This document shows, in pieces, positions 28,708 to 38,637 of a DNA stretch of 64,000 nt. Position 1 is the stretch's first letter. Each line of letters opens with the position of its first letter. Where the stretch lies: the NCBI GenBank assembly GCA_965215335.1, contig CBDCDA010000001.1:1216001-1280000 (forward strand), given 5' to 3'. Source of the stretch: an uncultured Candidatus Entotheonella sp. (GTDB taxonomy: Bacteria > Tectomicrobia > Entotheonellia > Entotheonellales > Entotheonellaceae). A model generated the notes under the pieces. That model made no database searches. It saw nothing but the letters and a program-made list of their open reading frames with translations, and was not told where the DNA came from. The position numbers and the translations under genes are program-made.

Positions 28708-29232
28708 ATGATGAGGTTGTACGATCCAACCGCAACGCCGGTAGCCGACGCCGCGAGTCTGGCGGCACGGCTGCCGCACCTGCATGGCAAGGTGATCGGC
28801 CTGCTGGACATCAGCAAGGCGCAGGGCAATCACTTCCTGGACCGCGTCGAGGAATGGCTGCACGGCATACACCAGCCCAAGGCCGTCCTGCGACGCATGA
28901 AACCCACCTTTGCCCGACCGGCGCCGGAGGACATGCGCAAGGAACTCGAACAGCAGTGCGATCTGATCATCGAAGCGCTGGCGGATTGAGGCTCGTGCAC
29001 AACGTGCAGTGTGCACGACGGCGTTTACTTTGAAAAAGCCGGCATTCCCGCTGCGGTTTGTGCCACCACCGAGTTCGCCAACGCCGCCCGCGCCCAAGCC
29101 GACGCGCTGGGCCTGTCGGCGTTCAACGTGATTCTCGTCGAGCATCCCATCCAACCCCTGACCCGCGACGAGGTGCGCCAACGCGCCGAGACGGTGTTCG
29201 ACCGCGTGGTCCAAAAGCTGACGGTGGGTTAA
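28708..29232 (+). CDS. UGSC-family selenoprotein (in-frame UGA at 28987-28989 read as Sec)
   Basis: Track ORFs 28708-28989 and 29011-29232 share a frame: EALAD-U-GSCTTCSVHDG; hairpin directly after UGA. Confidence 0.85.
28990..29022 (+). promoter_or_regulatory. Candidate bacterial SECIS element
   Basis: Perfect 9-bp stem TCGTGCACA (28993-29001) / TGTGCACGA (29010-29018) with 8-nt loop, 3 nt after UGA. Confidence 0.65.
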
Positions 29233-29326
29233 AGAGCACTGGGATGAAACAACTTCGGCGCGAGTTATTCGAAAGCCTGATTCCCATTCTCTCGAACAAC
29301 GGCAGTGTCAATAGGACTTACACCGA

Positions 29327-29662
29327 TCACCCACCGCCGCGCTGGAAGGCGCGGTCGAAGCAGGCCATGAATCGGTTGATGTCCTGTGAGGAATAACCCG
29401 AGAAGGTGAAGTGGACCTGGGTGGTCGGCAGGGACAGCGCCCCGAGGCGGCGACGGCTTTCGGGCGACAGCCTGATCTCGAGACACCGGTTTGTTCCCCG
29501 CTTCCCGCCTTCGCTCTCAAATGGGAAGGGAGCGCTGACAATCACCTCGGAGCCCTGAACGGTATAGGGCGACGTCGCCAGGGCGGCGAGCAGGGTGCGG
29601 AAGAACTCGCTGTGGGTGATGCCCATGTCGCGGCAAAAGCGGACGACGGCGGGGCTTGGCAC
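29327..29662 (-). CDS. Conserved hypothetical protein of aor operons (AorE-like)
   Basis: DMGITHSEFFRTL...FDRAFQRGGG; last gene of the aor operon. Confidence 0.7.
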   Translation of the reverse strand: MPSPAVVRFCRDMGITHSEFFRTLLAALATSPYTVQGSEVIVSAPFPFESEGGKRGTNRCLEIRLSPESRRRLGALSLPTTQVHFTFSGYSSQDINRFMACFDRAFQRGGG

Positions 29663-29666
29663 ATGG

Positions 29667-29960
29667 TTATCCGCCGGCGATGGGCGGCCAGACGGCCAGC
29701 ACGTCGCCGTTGTTCAGCACGGCGCGGTCGCGGTCACCGGGGGTGAGGTACACGCCGTTGTGCAAAATCAGGTGGGCCATGGCACGGGGTACGCGGTACC
29801 GGTCGATAACCTGGTGCGGCGTGATGTCGAGCGGCACCTCGGTCACCACGCCGGTCCAGGGGGTATCAGGGGGTAAGAAGTCACGCAGCGAGGCGTACAA
29901 CTTCAGGGAAATCTTTATATGCGGGCAAAGATGCCCGCGTTCCCGGGTCTGGGGTTTCAT
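29667..29960 (-). CDS. MoaD/ThiS-family sulfur carrier (AorD-like)
   Basis: KISLKLYASL...C-terminal PPIAGG; ATG overlaps the upstream stop (ATGA). Confidence 0.85.
   Translation of the reverse strand: MKPQTRERGHLCPHIKISLKLYASLRDFLPPDTPWTGVVTEVPLDITPHQVIDRYRVPRAMAHLILHNGVYLTPGDRDRAVLNNGDVLAVWPPIAGG
29919..29948. repeat. REP-like palindrome inside the moaD 5' end
   Basis: GCGGGCA-aaga-TGCCCGC followed by GTTCCCGGG. Confidence 0.5.
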
Positions 29961-31216
29961 AGAACGCCCGCATTGTGCCCGATCGCCAGGGTGTTGGCCA
30001 AGTAAGCCTCCATGATTCGGGTGGGGTCCTGCACCAGCTTCTGCTTCCACTCGCGCAGCCGCACCCGCGTTTGAATGAGTCCCCTGATCACACCGACGTG
30101 CTCGGTGAGGCCCAGGCTGCTGGCGCCGACCAGACGGTCGTCCGCAAACTGCAAGTTCAGGTAGCGAAAGCGCTCGGCGTCCAGGATCTCCGTCGAGTCC
30201 CCGCCTTCAACCCCCATCCAGGCGCCGAAGGAGCTGGAAATCAGCCCCATGGTTTCCAGCACGTTCATGTTCAGGTTGCCGCGGTGCGTCTGCGCGCGGC
30301 CGGCCATGTTGCTGGCGGCGATGCGCCCGTGGTCGGCGGCGGTCGGCTGAATGGCCTGCACCGTGTACTGCCCGGTTGAAAAATCCAGCCCCTGCGCCAC
30401 GTCACCGGCGGCGTACACGTCGGCGACGCTGGTCGCCAGCTGCGTATCCACCAGCACGCCGTAATCGGTGCGGATGCCGGAGCCTTCCAGGAAGTCGATG
30501 TCGGGCCGCACGCCCGTTGCCGCGATGACCAGGTCGGCGGCCAGGGTGTTGCCGTTGCTGAGCCTGACCGCCAGCGGCTGACCGGACTCGATGGCCTCCA
30601 CCTGTGTGGCGGTGAGCACCTGCACGCCCTTGTTCTCGCACCACGTCTTGATGAGGCCGCCGGCCGCGGCGTTCATCATGCGCGGCACCATGCGATCTTC
30701 CATTTCAACCACCGTCAGATCGGTGCCGCGCGTCGCCAGCGCCTCCAGGATAATGCTGCCGATGAACCCGGCGCCCATGAGCACCACCCTGGCGCCCGCC
30801 TGGGCGCGCTGCATGATGTCACGGGCGTCCAGCAGCGTCCAGCAGGCGTGCACGCCGGGGGCGTCGATGCCGGGCACCGGCGGCGACACCGGGCGCGAGC
30901 CCGTGGCGATCAGCAGCTTGTCGTACGACACCTCGGCGCCGCTTTGTAGGGAGAGGCTCTTGCGCTCCGGCTGTACGCGCGTCACGCGGTCCTGACGCAC
31001 CTCAATGCCGTGATCGGCGTAGTGCCCGTCGTTCTTGCGCAAATGGGTTCCCGAGGCGTCGATCTGGTCGATCAGGAGATAGGGGATGGCCATACGCGAG
31101 TAGGGCGCCTCGGACTCGTCCCCGATGAGGGTGACCCGAGACTCGGCGTCCAGCTTGCGCAGCGTTTCGGCGGCCACGACCCCGGTGGGTCCGGCACCGA
31201 TGATGATGTGATGCAT
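29957..31216 (-). CDS. FAD/NAD(P)-dependent oxidoreductase subunit of AOR (AorC-like)
   Basis: IIGAGPTG, IATGSRP, MGAGFIG, YAAGDVA. Confidence 0.9.
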   Translation of the reverse strand: MHHIIIGAGPTGVVAAETLRKLDAESRVTLIGDESEAPYSRMAIPYLLIDQIDASGTHLRKNDGHYADHGIEVRQDRVTRVQPERKSLSLQSGAEVSYDKLLIATGSRPVSPPVPGIDAPGVHACWTLLDARDIMQRAQAGARVVLMGAGFIGSIILEALATRGTDLTVVEMEDRMVPRMMNAAAGGLIKTWCENKGVQVLTATQVEAIESGQPLAVRLSNGNTLAADLVIAATGVRPDIDFLEGSGIRTDYGVLVDTQLATSVADVYAAGDVAQGLDFSTGQYTVQAIQPTAADHGRIAASNMAGRAQTHRGNLNMNVLETMGLISSSFGAWMGVEGGDSTEILDAERFRYLNLQFADDRLVGASSLGLTEHVGVIRGLIQTRVRLREWKQKLVQDPTRIMEAYLANTLAIGHNAGVL

Positions 31217-31249
31217 GTGACGTTCCTCCTGGAAGCGCGGGCCGGAATT

Positions 31250-31313
31250 CCCCCTCCCCCGCCGGGGTGATTTCCTTCATCCCCCTCCCTCTGGGAGGGG
31301 GTCAAGGGAGGGC
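31250..31313. repeat. GC-rich REP-like hairpin between aorB and aorC
   Basis: CCCCCTCCC-tct-GGGAGGGGG at 31281-31301, plus a partial copy at ~31250. Confidence 0.45.
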
Positions 31314-31320
31314 CATCGTC

Positions 31321-33168
31321 TCAGACCCTCAAGCGGCGGCGTGTCTCGTCGCTCAGTTCGCCATTCTCCGTCCAGCCGCGAATTTCGTAGTAGCGCGGCA
31401 GCATCTGCTGGAGATCGTTCACCTTGCCCTCTGCCGGGCCGGTATTGGCGCCCTCCTCCAGGAGGCGGTGCGGCAGGGTGTCGTCGGCGCGGGTGAGGCC
31501 GGCCTTGAGGTTGAAGTCACGCTCCAGATTCCAGACGCGCTCGCCAACCTCCAGCAGCTTCTCCGCCGACCAGTCGCCCTCGCAGGCGGCGTCCACCTGC
31601 GGCGCGATGTCCTCCATGCCCCAGGCGAAGGTGGTGAAGACGCACAGGCCGGAGGAATCCACCGCCGCGGTGGCGTCCTGGAATGCCTTGACGAGATCCG
31701 CCTTGCCTTCCGTCACCAGCGGATCGGTCTTCTCGGGAATGCCCAGGATTTCCGACGCCACGGTGTAGCCGCGCAGGTGGCAGGCGCCGCGGTTGGCGGT
31801 GGCGTAGGCCAGGCCCATGCCCTGGATGCCGCGCGGATCGTAGGCCGGGAACTCCTGCCCCTTGACCGTCATCGACAATTCCGGGTGGCCGTACTTCTCG
31901 CACAGGCGGAGCGAGCCGAGCCCGAGAATCTTGCCGAACCCTTCGCCGCGGGCGGTCAGCTCGGCCGCCCTGGCGAGCGCCTCGGCGAAGCCAAAGCGCA
32001 GGTCGATGCCGCCGGTTTCTTCCTGGGTGATGACGCCGCGCTCGTACAGCTCCATGGCGGCCGCCACGGTGGCCCCAAAGGAGATGGGATCAATGCCGTC
32101 TTCATTGCACAGGAAGTTCACGTAGGTGAGGGTTTCGAGGTCGTCCACCCCGGTGTCACTGCCCAGGGCCCAGGCCGCCTCGTACTCCAGGCCACCGGAG
32201 GCGCCCCAGTATCGGGGCTTGTTCTCGATCGTGAAGTGACCCTTCTCGATCGTCGAGATGCGTCCGCAGGCGATGGTGCAGGCGAAGCAGGCGGCGTTGG
32301 CATGCAGGTTCGGGGTGCCGTCGCCGCGCGGCTCGTGCATGGCCTCGGCGGAAATCTTGTGGGCGCCCTCGAACTGCACCTCGCGCATGTTGCGGGTCGG
32401 CATGGCGCCGACTTCGTTGATGACGTTCATCAGTACCTGGGTGCCGAACTTCGGCAGGCCCTGGCCGGTGACGGCGTTTTCCGCCAATACCTTCTTGCCC
32501 TGCTCGGTGGCCTGGAAGAAGCGCATGGGGTCCTTGATGTTGCCGACGCCCTTGGTGCCGCGGCAGACGAGCGCCTTGAGGTTCTTCGACGCCATGACCG
32601 TGCCGACCCCGGAACGCCCGGCGGCGCGGTGCAGGTCGTTCACCACGGCAGCGTACAGGCAGCCCTCTTCGGCGGCGCGTCCGACGCAGGCGATGCGGAT
32701 GAGCGGGTCCTGGTGCCTGGCGTGCAGGCGCTCGTCCGTTTCCCACACCGAGGCGCCCCACAGATCGTCCGCCGGCATCAGCTCGGCGTTCTCGTTCTCC
32801 ACGTGCAGGTACACCGGCTGTGGGGATTTGCCCTCGAAAACGATCATGTCCCAGCCGGCCATCTTCATCTCGGCGCCGATGAAGCCGCCGGAATTGGAGC
32901 ACGCCACGGCGCCCGTCAGCGGGCTCTTGGTGACGACGGAATAGCGCCCGCCGGTGGCGGCCATGGTACCCGTCAGCGGCCCGGTGGTCAGGATCAGCTT
33001 GTTGCCGGGAGACAGCGCGTCAACCGCGGGGTCGATTTCCTCGCAGAGGTATTTGGTGGCAAGTCCGCGCTGGCCGAGGTAATCGCGCGCCCATTCCATG
33101 TTGAGCGGTTCGGCGGCGATCTTGCCGGAGGTGAGGTCGACTCGTAATACGTTTCCTGTCCAGGCCAT
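31321..33168 (-). CDS. aor: Aldehyde:ferredoxin oxidoreductase catalytic subunit (tungstopterin family, AorB-like)
   Basis: MAWTGNVLRVDL, TKSPLTG, AAGRSGVG, CFACTIAC, EYE, GIDPIS, RGACH, DSSGLC. Confidence 0.93.
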   Translation of the reverse strand: MAWTGNVLRVDLTSGKIAAEPLNMEWARDYLGQRGLATKYLCEEIDPAVDALSPGNKLILTTGPLTGTMAATGGRYSVVTKSPLTGAVACSNSGGFIGAEMKMAGWDMIVFEGKSPQPVYLHVENENAELMPADDLWGASVWETDERLHARHQDPLIRIACVGRAAEEGCLYAAVVNDLHRAAGRSGVGTVMASKNLKALVCRGTKGVGNIKDPMRFFQATEQGKKVLAENAVTGQGLPKFGTQVLMNVINEVGAMPTRNMREVQFEGAHKISAEAMHEPRGDGTPNLHANAACFACTIACGRISTIEKGHFTIENKPRYWGASGGLEYEAAWALGSDTGVDDLETLTYVNFLCNEDGIDPISFGATVAAAMELYERGVITQEETGGIDLRFGFAEALARAAELTARGEGFGKILGLGSLRLCEKYGHPELSMTVKGQEFPAYDPRGIQGMGLAYATANRGACHLRGYTVASEILGIPEKTDPLVTEGKADLVKAFQDATAAVDSSGLCVFTTFAWGMEDIAPQVDAACEGDWSAEKLLEVGERVWNLERDFNLKAGLTRADDTLPHRLLEEGANTGPAEGKVNDLQQMLPRYYEIRGWTENGELSDETRRRLRV

Positions 33169-33191
33169 GGGAGGTCTCCTCTTGGCGGCTG

Positions 33192-33710
33192 CTACGCGCG
33201 GCTGTAGGTGGCGATTTCCTTGGGGCGCGGCTCGACGTGGCTGGCCGGCCCCGCCGGGCTCTGCTGCGCCCAGGCGCGCATGCGGTCCAGGCCGGTGTTG
33301 TCGACATCGACGTAGGCGATGGCGCCGGTGGGGCACGCCTTGGCGCACCACGGGTCGCCGCCGCACAGGTCGCACTTCATCACCTTGCCGGAATCGTGGT
33401 TATAGTTCACGGTGCCGAACGGGCAGGCGATGGTGCACACCTTGCAGCCGACGCAGACGTTGTCCAGGACTTCCTTGGCACCCGTTTCGGTGTTGACGAC
33501 GATGGCCTCAACGGGGCAAGAGTGCAGGCACCAAGCTTCCTCGCACTGCGTGCAGGTGTAGGGGGCGAAGCGCCCTTCCTGATGGAAGGTGAAGACCTTG
33601 ATGCGGGATTTGGCGGGGTTGAAAACCCCCTCGTTCTCATACGAACAGGCCATCTCGCACTGCAGGCAGCCCGTGCATTTCTCCGGTTCCAGCTTGAGCG
33701 CCCTGAGCAT
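33192..33710 (-). CDS. 4Fe-4S dicluster electron-transfer subunit (AorA-like)
   Basis: CTGCLQCEMAC, CTQCEEAWCLHSCP, CVGCKVCTIACP, KCDLCGGDPWCAKACP. Confidence 0.93.
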   Translation of the reverse strand: MLRALKLEPEKCTGCLQCEMACSYENEGVFNPAKSRIKVFTFHQEGRFAPYTCTQCEEAWCLHSCPVEAIVVNTETGAKEVLDNVCVGCKVCTIACPFGTVNYNHDSGKVMKCDLCGGDPWCAKACPTGAIAYVDVDNTGLDRMRAWAQQSPAGPASHVEPRPKEIATYSRA

Positions 33711-33879
33711 GCGGACTCTCCTTCGTGTATGTTGCTGCGATGAGGCAAGTGACAGCGGCAGGTTAAGTGAGCCTGCAAGCCGGTGTCAATGGGAAATTGC
33801 TACCTGAAGGTGGGCGCGCGGGCGAGCGGGCTAGAGGGAGGTCAGGCGCTTGCGAGGGCCGCCATCGAGCGCGGCACGC

Positions 33880-34170
33880 TTTCCTGCGGACCGCGACATC
33901 GAACGGCAGGCAGATCAGAGTCACGTCGTCGAGGAGTCGATACCGCAATTCGATCGTGAAGGTCTGCGTGCGCGCACGGCGTTGCAACCGTAGCCCTTGG
34001 CGTAAGCGTAAAGCTGGTACAGGTCGTCTTGGTCGATGCCGTGCTTCGGATAATCAGCCAACGCGTCGATGCACTTCCACTTGACGTCGAGGATGAAGGC
34101 AACACAAGCGCCGTGCCGCAGGGAGATGTCCGGCTTCATCATGAACGCATCTCGACCGTCGATATTGGCC
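33880..34170 (-). pseudogene. McrC-family restriction component, C-terminal remnant
   Basis: MKPDI...ILDVKWK...DLYQLYAYAKGY; 5' part lost at an IS end, frameshifted. Confidence 0.7.
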
Positions 34171-34297
34171 AGGCTCAGGACTCATAACCAGAAGATAACC
34201 GTGGCAGCAAGGCAGATGGCGCTGAAAAAGGGGTGCGCACACCGGTCATAGCGCATGGCGATGCGACGCCAGTCCGCGAGTCTGCCAAACAGCTTGT
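34171..34297 (-). mobile_element. IS5-family remnant (transposase C-terminus and terminal repeat)
   Basis: LFGRLADWRRIAMRYDRCAHPFFSAICLAATVIFWL*, then GTCCTGAGCCT; similar AGGCTCAGGAC end at 35838. Confidence 0.75.
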
Positions 34298-35003
34298 GTC
34301 TGCCAGTGAAGCAGCAGGGGGAAAGAGCAGCGCCCGCGCCCCCGGCGACGACACGTCCGGCAAGGGATGGACAACCACGAAAGGGCAGGGAAAAGGCAGG
34401 GCGGCCGGCGCGATCTTCTCCTATGCGTTACGCCGGCATGACACGCCAAGGGAAACCCGCCCGGATTCTTTCTGCTACGCAGCGTCAAGGATTTCCGGCG
34501 GGAGCTGTTGATTTGTCCACGGCGTCAGGCGAGATTGGCTCGCTCGCCCCCAAAGCCGCTGTCAGCCTGGGCGGCTTGGCGCCAGTCACCCGGCAGCCCG
34601 GGGACTGGCAAGGACGCAGCTTCGTGCGATGTCGCTGTCGAAAGGCTACGCCAAGCACTTCACATGCCGGCTGTCTCGGCGATCTCATCGACATCCCCCC
34701 GCCAAGGCGGCCGCGGGGCCTAGCGCCGGCGCGGACCCCGATCCCAGACCGTAGGGCAGGAAGGCGAATGACCGGAGAGCTTCGATCGGGATTGACCGTT
34801 CGGGACCTCTGCTCCATCCATCCCGCTCGGCACGAAAACACAGGAATTCTGGCATTTTGGACAGATATCCTGTGTTCCACACGTTTGTATGCGAACAGGT
34901 GATTGCCGGCCTGATCCATATGCTGAATAATAGCATAATAGCCGCTGTCGCAAGCCATCGGGCCGAGGGGTTGCGTGGCACCATCGCAAGCTGCAGGGGG
35001 CGT

Positions 35004-35687
35004 ATGGAAGAGACCGCAAAGGACATGTTCGCCGCTATCGCCGGGCGATACGACAGGCTCAACAGCCTGTTGAGCCTGGGGTTGCATCATTATTGGCGGC
35101 GGCGGACGGTGGCGGCGAGCGATTTGCGGCACGACGCGATCGTCCTGGACCTGTGCAGCGGCACTGCGGACCTCGCATTGGCCTTTGTTCGGCGCGCCGG
35201 ACGGGTCATTGCCACCGACTTCTGCGATGCCATGCTGGTGCGGGGCCGGTGCAAGGCTGCCCAGCGTCGGGCACCCATTGCTTTCGCCCTTGCCGACGCA
35301 CAGCGTCTGCCATTCCGCGACGCCTCCTTCGATGCGATAAGCATCGCCTTCGGCCTGCGCAACGTCGATTGCCTGGCCACGGCCCTGGGCGAGATGTATC
35401 GCGTGCTGCGTCCCGGCGGGGTGGCCATGGTGCTGGAATTCGGTCAGCCGCAGGGCGCCGTTTTCGGGCCCCTGTATCGCTTCTACTCGCGCCACCTGCT
35501 GCCGCGCATCGGCGGCTGGCTGTCGGGGCATTCGGAAGCTTATGCTTACCTGTCCCGCACCGCGGCGGCGTTTCCCGCCGGCGTCCGCTTCATACAGGCC
35601 ATGCGCGGGCAGGATTTCACCAATGTGCAGGCCCATCCCCTTACAGGCGGCGTCGTGTATATCTACCGCGCCACACGACCGGACTAA
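35004..35687 (+). CDS. menG: Demethylmenaquinone methyltransferase (UbiE/MenG)
   Basis: MFAAIAGRYDRLN, LDLCSGTAD, AFGLRNV, RVLRPGG; next to menB and menA; start approximate. Confidence 0.88.
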   Translation: MEETAKDMFAAIAGRYDRLNSLLSLGLHHYWRRRTVAASDLRHDAIVLDLCSGTADLALAFVRRAGRVIATDFCDAMLVRGRCKAAQRRAPIAFALADAQRLPFRDASFDAISIAFGLRNVDCLATALGEMYRVLRPGGVAMVLEFGQPQGAVFGPLYRFYSRHLLPRIGGWLSGHSEAYAYLSRTAAAFPAGVRFIQAMRGQDFTNVQAHPLTGGVVYIYRATRPD

Positions 35688-35837
35688 GAGCCTGTTCCAT
35701 AAGTCCGATTAGCTCTTTTTTGCCGGCATTGGATAAACACTCGCCCTTTCCAGGGCGCTTTTTTGCGTCAAACGCCCTGGAATCGGTGAGAATCCCGCCT
35801 ACTTTTGGGATGTCGCCGACTTTTAGGCTCAGACTCT
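35687..35837 (+). mobile_element. ~150-bp MITE, copy 1
   Basis: Ends AGAGCCTGTTCC...TCAGACTCT, TA-flanked; near-identical inverted copy at 52429-52580. Confidence 0.85.
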
Positions 35838-35942
35838 AGGCTCAGGACCTATAAAGAGTTATCATTGAACATATTCGGATTCAAGACCCTGACGCCAGAC
35901 GATTGATCACCATCAACGAGCCCATGAACATTGAGGTAGGAC

Positions 35943-36740
35943 ATGTCAGCATTCGAGGATATCATTTACACAAAAGGAGACGGCGTGGCGACCGTGAGCA
36001 TGAACCGTCCGTGGGTTCTCAACGCCTTTCGCCCGCGCACGATCGACGAGATGCTGGAGGCGTTCCACGACGCCTGGTACGACGACGGCATCGGCGTGGT
36101 GGTGCTGACCGGTGAGGAGGGTAATTTCTGTACCGGCGGCGATCAGAAAATCCGCGGCCAGGGCGGCTATAACGACGAGTCGGGAACGCCGCGCCTGCAA
36201 GTCCGCAACCTGCACCGCACGATCCGCGAAATTCCCAAGCCGGTCATCGCCAAGGTGGACGGCTATGCCATTGGCGGCGGGCACGTCCTGCACGTCATCT
36301 GCGACCTCACCATCGCCTCGGACCGCGCCACCTTCGGCCAGACAGGGCCGAAGGTGGGGAGTTTCGATGCGGGCTTCGGCGCCATGTATCTGGCGCGCAT
36401 CGTGGGCGAGAAGAAGGCGCGCGAAATCTGGTACCTGTGCGACCAATACAGCGCCGAGGAGGCGCGGGACATGGGATTGGTCAACAAGGTCGTGCCGCGC
36501 GAGCGGCTGGACGAAGAGACGGCGCTCTGGTGCCGCAAGATCCTGGCGAAGAGCCCGACGGCAATCCGCTTCATGAAGGCCGGCTTCAACGCCGATACCG
36601 ACCACGGCTACGGCTTGCAAGCCTTGGCGCACGGCGCCACCAGCCTCTTCTACACCAGCGACGAGGCCACCGAGGGACGTATGTCATTCCTCGAAAGACG
36701 CCAGCCGGATTTTGCGAAATATCGTCGAACCCCTTGGTAG
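35943..36740 (+). CDS. menB: 1,4-dihydroxy-2-naphthoyl-CoA synthase
   Basis: [51 protein letters not shown]. Confidence 0.95.
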   Translation: MSAFEDIIYTKGDGVATVSMNRPWVLNAFRPRTIDEMLEAFHDAWYDDGIGVVVLTGEEGNFCTGGDQKIRGQGGYNDESGTPRLQVRNLHRTIREIPKPVIAKVDGYAIGGGHVLHVICDLTIASDRATFGQTGPKVGSFDAGFGAMYLARIVGEKKAREIWYLCDQYSAEEARDMGLVNKVVPRERLDEETALWCRKILAKSPTAIRFMKAGFNADTDHGYGLQALAHGATSLFYTSDEATEGRMSFLERRQPDFAKYRRTPW

Positions 36741-36759
36741 GGTGAGGCGGGGAACACGT

Positions 36760-37659
36760 ATGCGGGAATCGATCCAGGTTTGGTTTCAGGCCATTCGGCC
36801 CTTCACCCTCAGCGCCGCGGTGGTTCCGGTTCTGGTCGGCGGCCTATTGGCCACCCAGTCCGGGACTTTTCACGTCTTTCTGTTCATCCTGGTTCTGGTC
36901 GGCTCGGTTCTCGTGCAGTGCGGCGCCAACCTCACCGACGAGCACGCCGATCACGACGCCGATACCGCCCGGCACAAGGTGCAAGCACCGTACAAGGTGA
37001 TCGCCCGCGGCCTGTTGACGCCTGCCGCGGTTCTGCGGGGCGCGCTGACCTGTTTCGGCCTGGCGGCGCTGATCGGCGTGTATCTCGTAACCCGAACCGG
37101 CTGGCCGCTGGCCATCGTCTGCCTGGCCAGCGCCGGCGTCGCCTACTGCTACAGCGCCGGCCCCCTCCCCTTGGGCAACGTGGCCTTGGGAGAGCCCCTG
37201 GTTTTCGTCTTCATGGGGCCAGTCATGGTCCTCGGCAGTTTCTACGTCCAGACCCAGACCCTGATCTGGCCAGCGGTCTGGTTATCCCTGCCGGTGGCCT
37301 GCCTGGTGACGGCCATTCTCATCGTCAACAATTTGCGTGATGCAGAGCAAGACCGCCGTAGCGGCAAGACGACACTCGTGCATTTGTGGGGCCGGCAGTC
37401 AGTTGTCCTGCTCTGTTGCGCCTTGCTCCTGATCGCCTTCGCCAGCCTCGCCGTGCTGGTGCTCACACGCCTCGGCTCCTGGCCTTGGCTTGCCCCGTTC
37501 CTCGTCCTGCCCCAGGCCATTGCCATCGCTCGCAGGGTCTGTCAAAGCACGGAACGTTCCGACCTCCACCAAGCCATGCGCGGCACCGCCCAACTCCACC
37601 TGCGTTTCGGCCTGCTCCTGTCCGCCGCACTGGTCCTCGACCCACTCCTACCCCGCTGA
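36760..37659 (+). CDS. menA: 1,4-dihydroxy-2-naphthoate polyprenyltransferase
   Basis: IRPFTL, YSAGP, LGE, NNLRDAEQD..SGKTTL; multiple TM segments. Confidence 0.9.
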   Translation: MRESIQVWFQAIRPFTLSAAVVPVLVGGLLATQSGTFHVFLFILVLVGSVLVQCGANLTDEHADHDADTARHKVQAPYKVIARGLLTPAAVLRGALTCFGLAALIGVYLVTRTGWPLAIVCLASAGVAYCYSAGPLPLGNVALGEPLVFVFMGPVMVLGSFYVQTQTLIWPAVWLSLPVACLVTAILIVNNLRDAEQDRRSGKTTLVHLWGRQSVVLLCCALLLIAFASLAVLVLTRLGSWPWLAPFLVLPQAIAIARRVCQSTERSDLHQAMRGTAQLHLRFGLLLSAALVLDPLLPR

Positions 37660-37704
37660 TCGCAAGGGTACGCAAGCAGCCACCAGAGCCGGTTTTGCTG
37701 CGGC

Positions 37705-38127
37705 TCAGCGTGCGTGAAGGCGTGCCAGAAGGTCTTCGCCACTGTCACACACAACGATCCACTCGCCGATCTCGGCCAAGCTTTCCGGGTCCATATCGAA
37801 ACAAGGCCGCAGCCAGGTTCCGCGAGGATGATATCGCGACAAGCCTACAGGACGCTCTTCAATCAAGCCGGACAGGTTCGCAACTGCCGTCCAGGGTTCG
37901 TTCGCCATTATATAACACCACAGGAACCACAGACGGCAATTTGCCGGAAGCAGTCAAGCGTCATTTTCTCGTTGCAACAAGTCGTCGCTGACCTGACGGT
38001 TGGTGACACGCTCCAAGGTCGCAAGATCAAGCTCCGCGACTCAAGGTTCGTCGACAAACCCATGCAACAGGCCGCGCACCATCTGCGGGCGGGAGAAGAG
38101 CAGTTTGTAGCCGCCATCATGGTCCAT
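37705..38127 (-). pseudogene. Rpn/YhgA-like recombination-promoting nuclease remnant
   Basis: MDHDGGYKLLFSRPQMVRGLLHGFVDEP*VAELDLATLER...VVLYNGE; stops, frameshift and internal deletions. Confidence 0.75.
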
Positions 38128-38131
38128 GCGC

Positions 38132-38605
38132 TTACTCGGGAAAGTCGTGGGTCCAATAGGGCCACTCGCGCTCCTGGATTTTGGTGCCCTGTTTCAGGGC
38201 TTCGAGGTCGAATTCGAGCGCATCGAATCGACGGATGATTTCTTGCTGATCGACGTCGGTAGGGGAGCCGTAACGGTCGCTGGGGCAGCATTGTTTCCAA
38301 GCGGCGGAGAAACAGCCGATAAACGTCCAGTAACCCGGCGGACAGTCGAGGAGACGCCAGAAGCGTTCCTGGAAATGGCAGGCAACGGGATCGAGCGGCT
38401 GGCACGCTTCGCACAGGGCATACTCGCCGCTGGCGACGTCTTCTTGCAGGGTGTGGGTGAAGATGCAGACGGTTCCCCGGCGGCATATCCAGCAGTATTC
38501 CCGGCGGCGGCGCGCTTCCATTGGGATGGGGTCCTTTCTTGGCTCCTTTGAGGTAGCTGACGATCGCCGCTCTGTACCGCCAGCCCAAACCATACAGATC
38601 GGCAA
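38132..38605 (-). CDS. Hypothetical protein
   Basis: Open frame between the lipoprotein and the Rpn remnant; no recognised motif; start uncertain. Confidence 0.35.
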   Translation of the reverse strand: MPICMVWAGGTERRSSATSKEPRKDPIPMEARRRREYCWICRRGTVCIFTHTLQEDVASGEYALCEACQPLDPVACHFQERFWRLLDCPPGYWTFIGCFSAAWKQCCPSDRYGSPTDVDQQEIIRRFDALEFDLEALKQGTKIQEREWPYWTHDFPE

Positions 38606-38637
38606 TGATCAGCATCAAACAATGCGTCAACGCAGCT

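Noticed and set aside
33774..33790. Sigma-54-like TTGACACCGGCTTGCA upstream of aorA
   Set aside because: Lacks the invariant GG and the spacing is one base short
34300..34990. ~700-bp gap upstream of menG as possible ncRNA or gene
   Set aside because: No recognisable motif or convincing ORF; probably decayed sequence
38041..38043. In-frame TGA in the Rpn remnant as possible selenocysteine
   Set aside because: Position fits Trp (EPW) and the gene has other lesions; nonsense mutation
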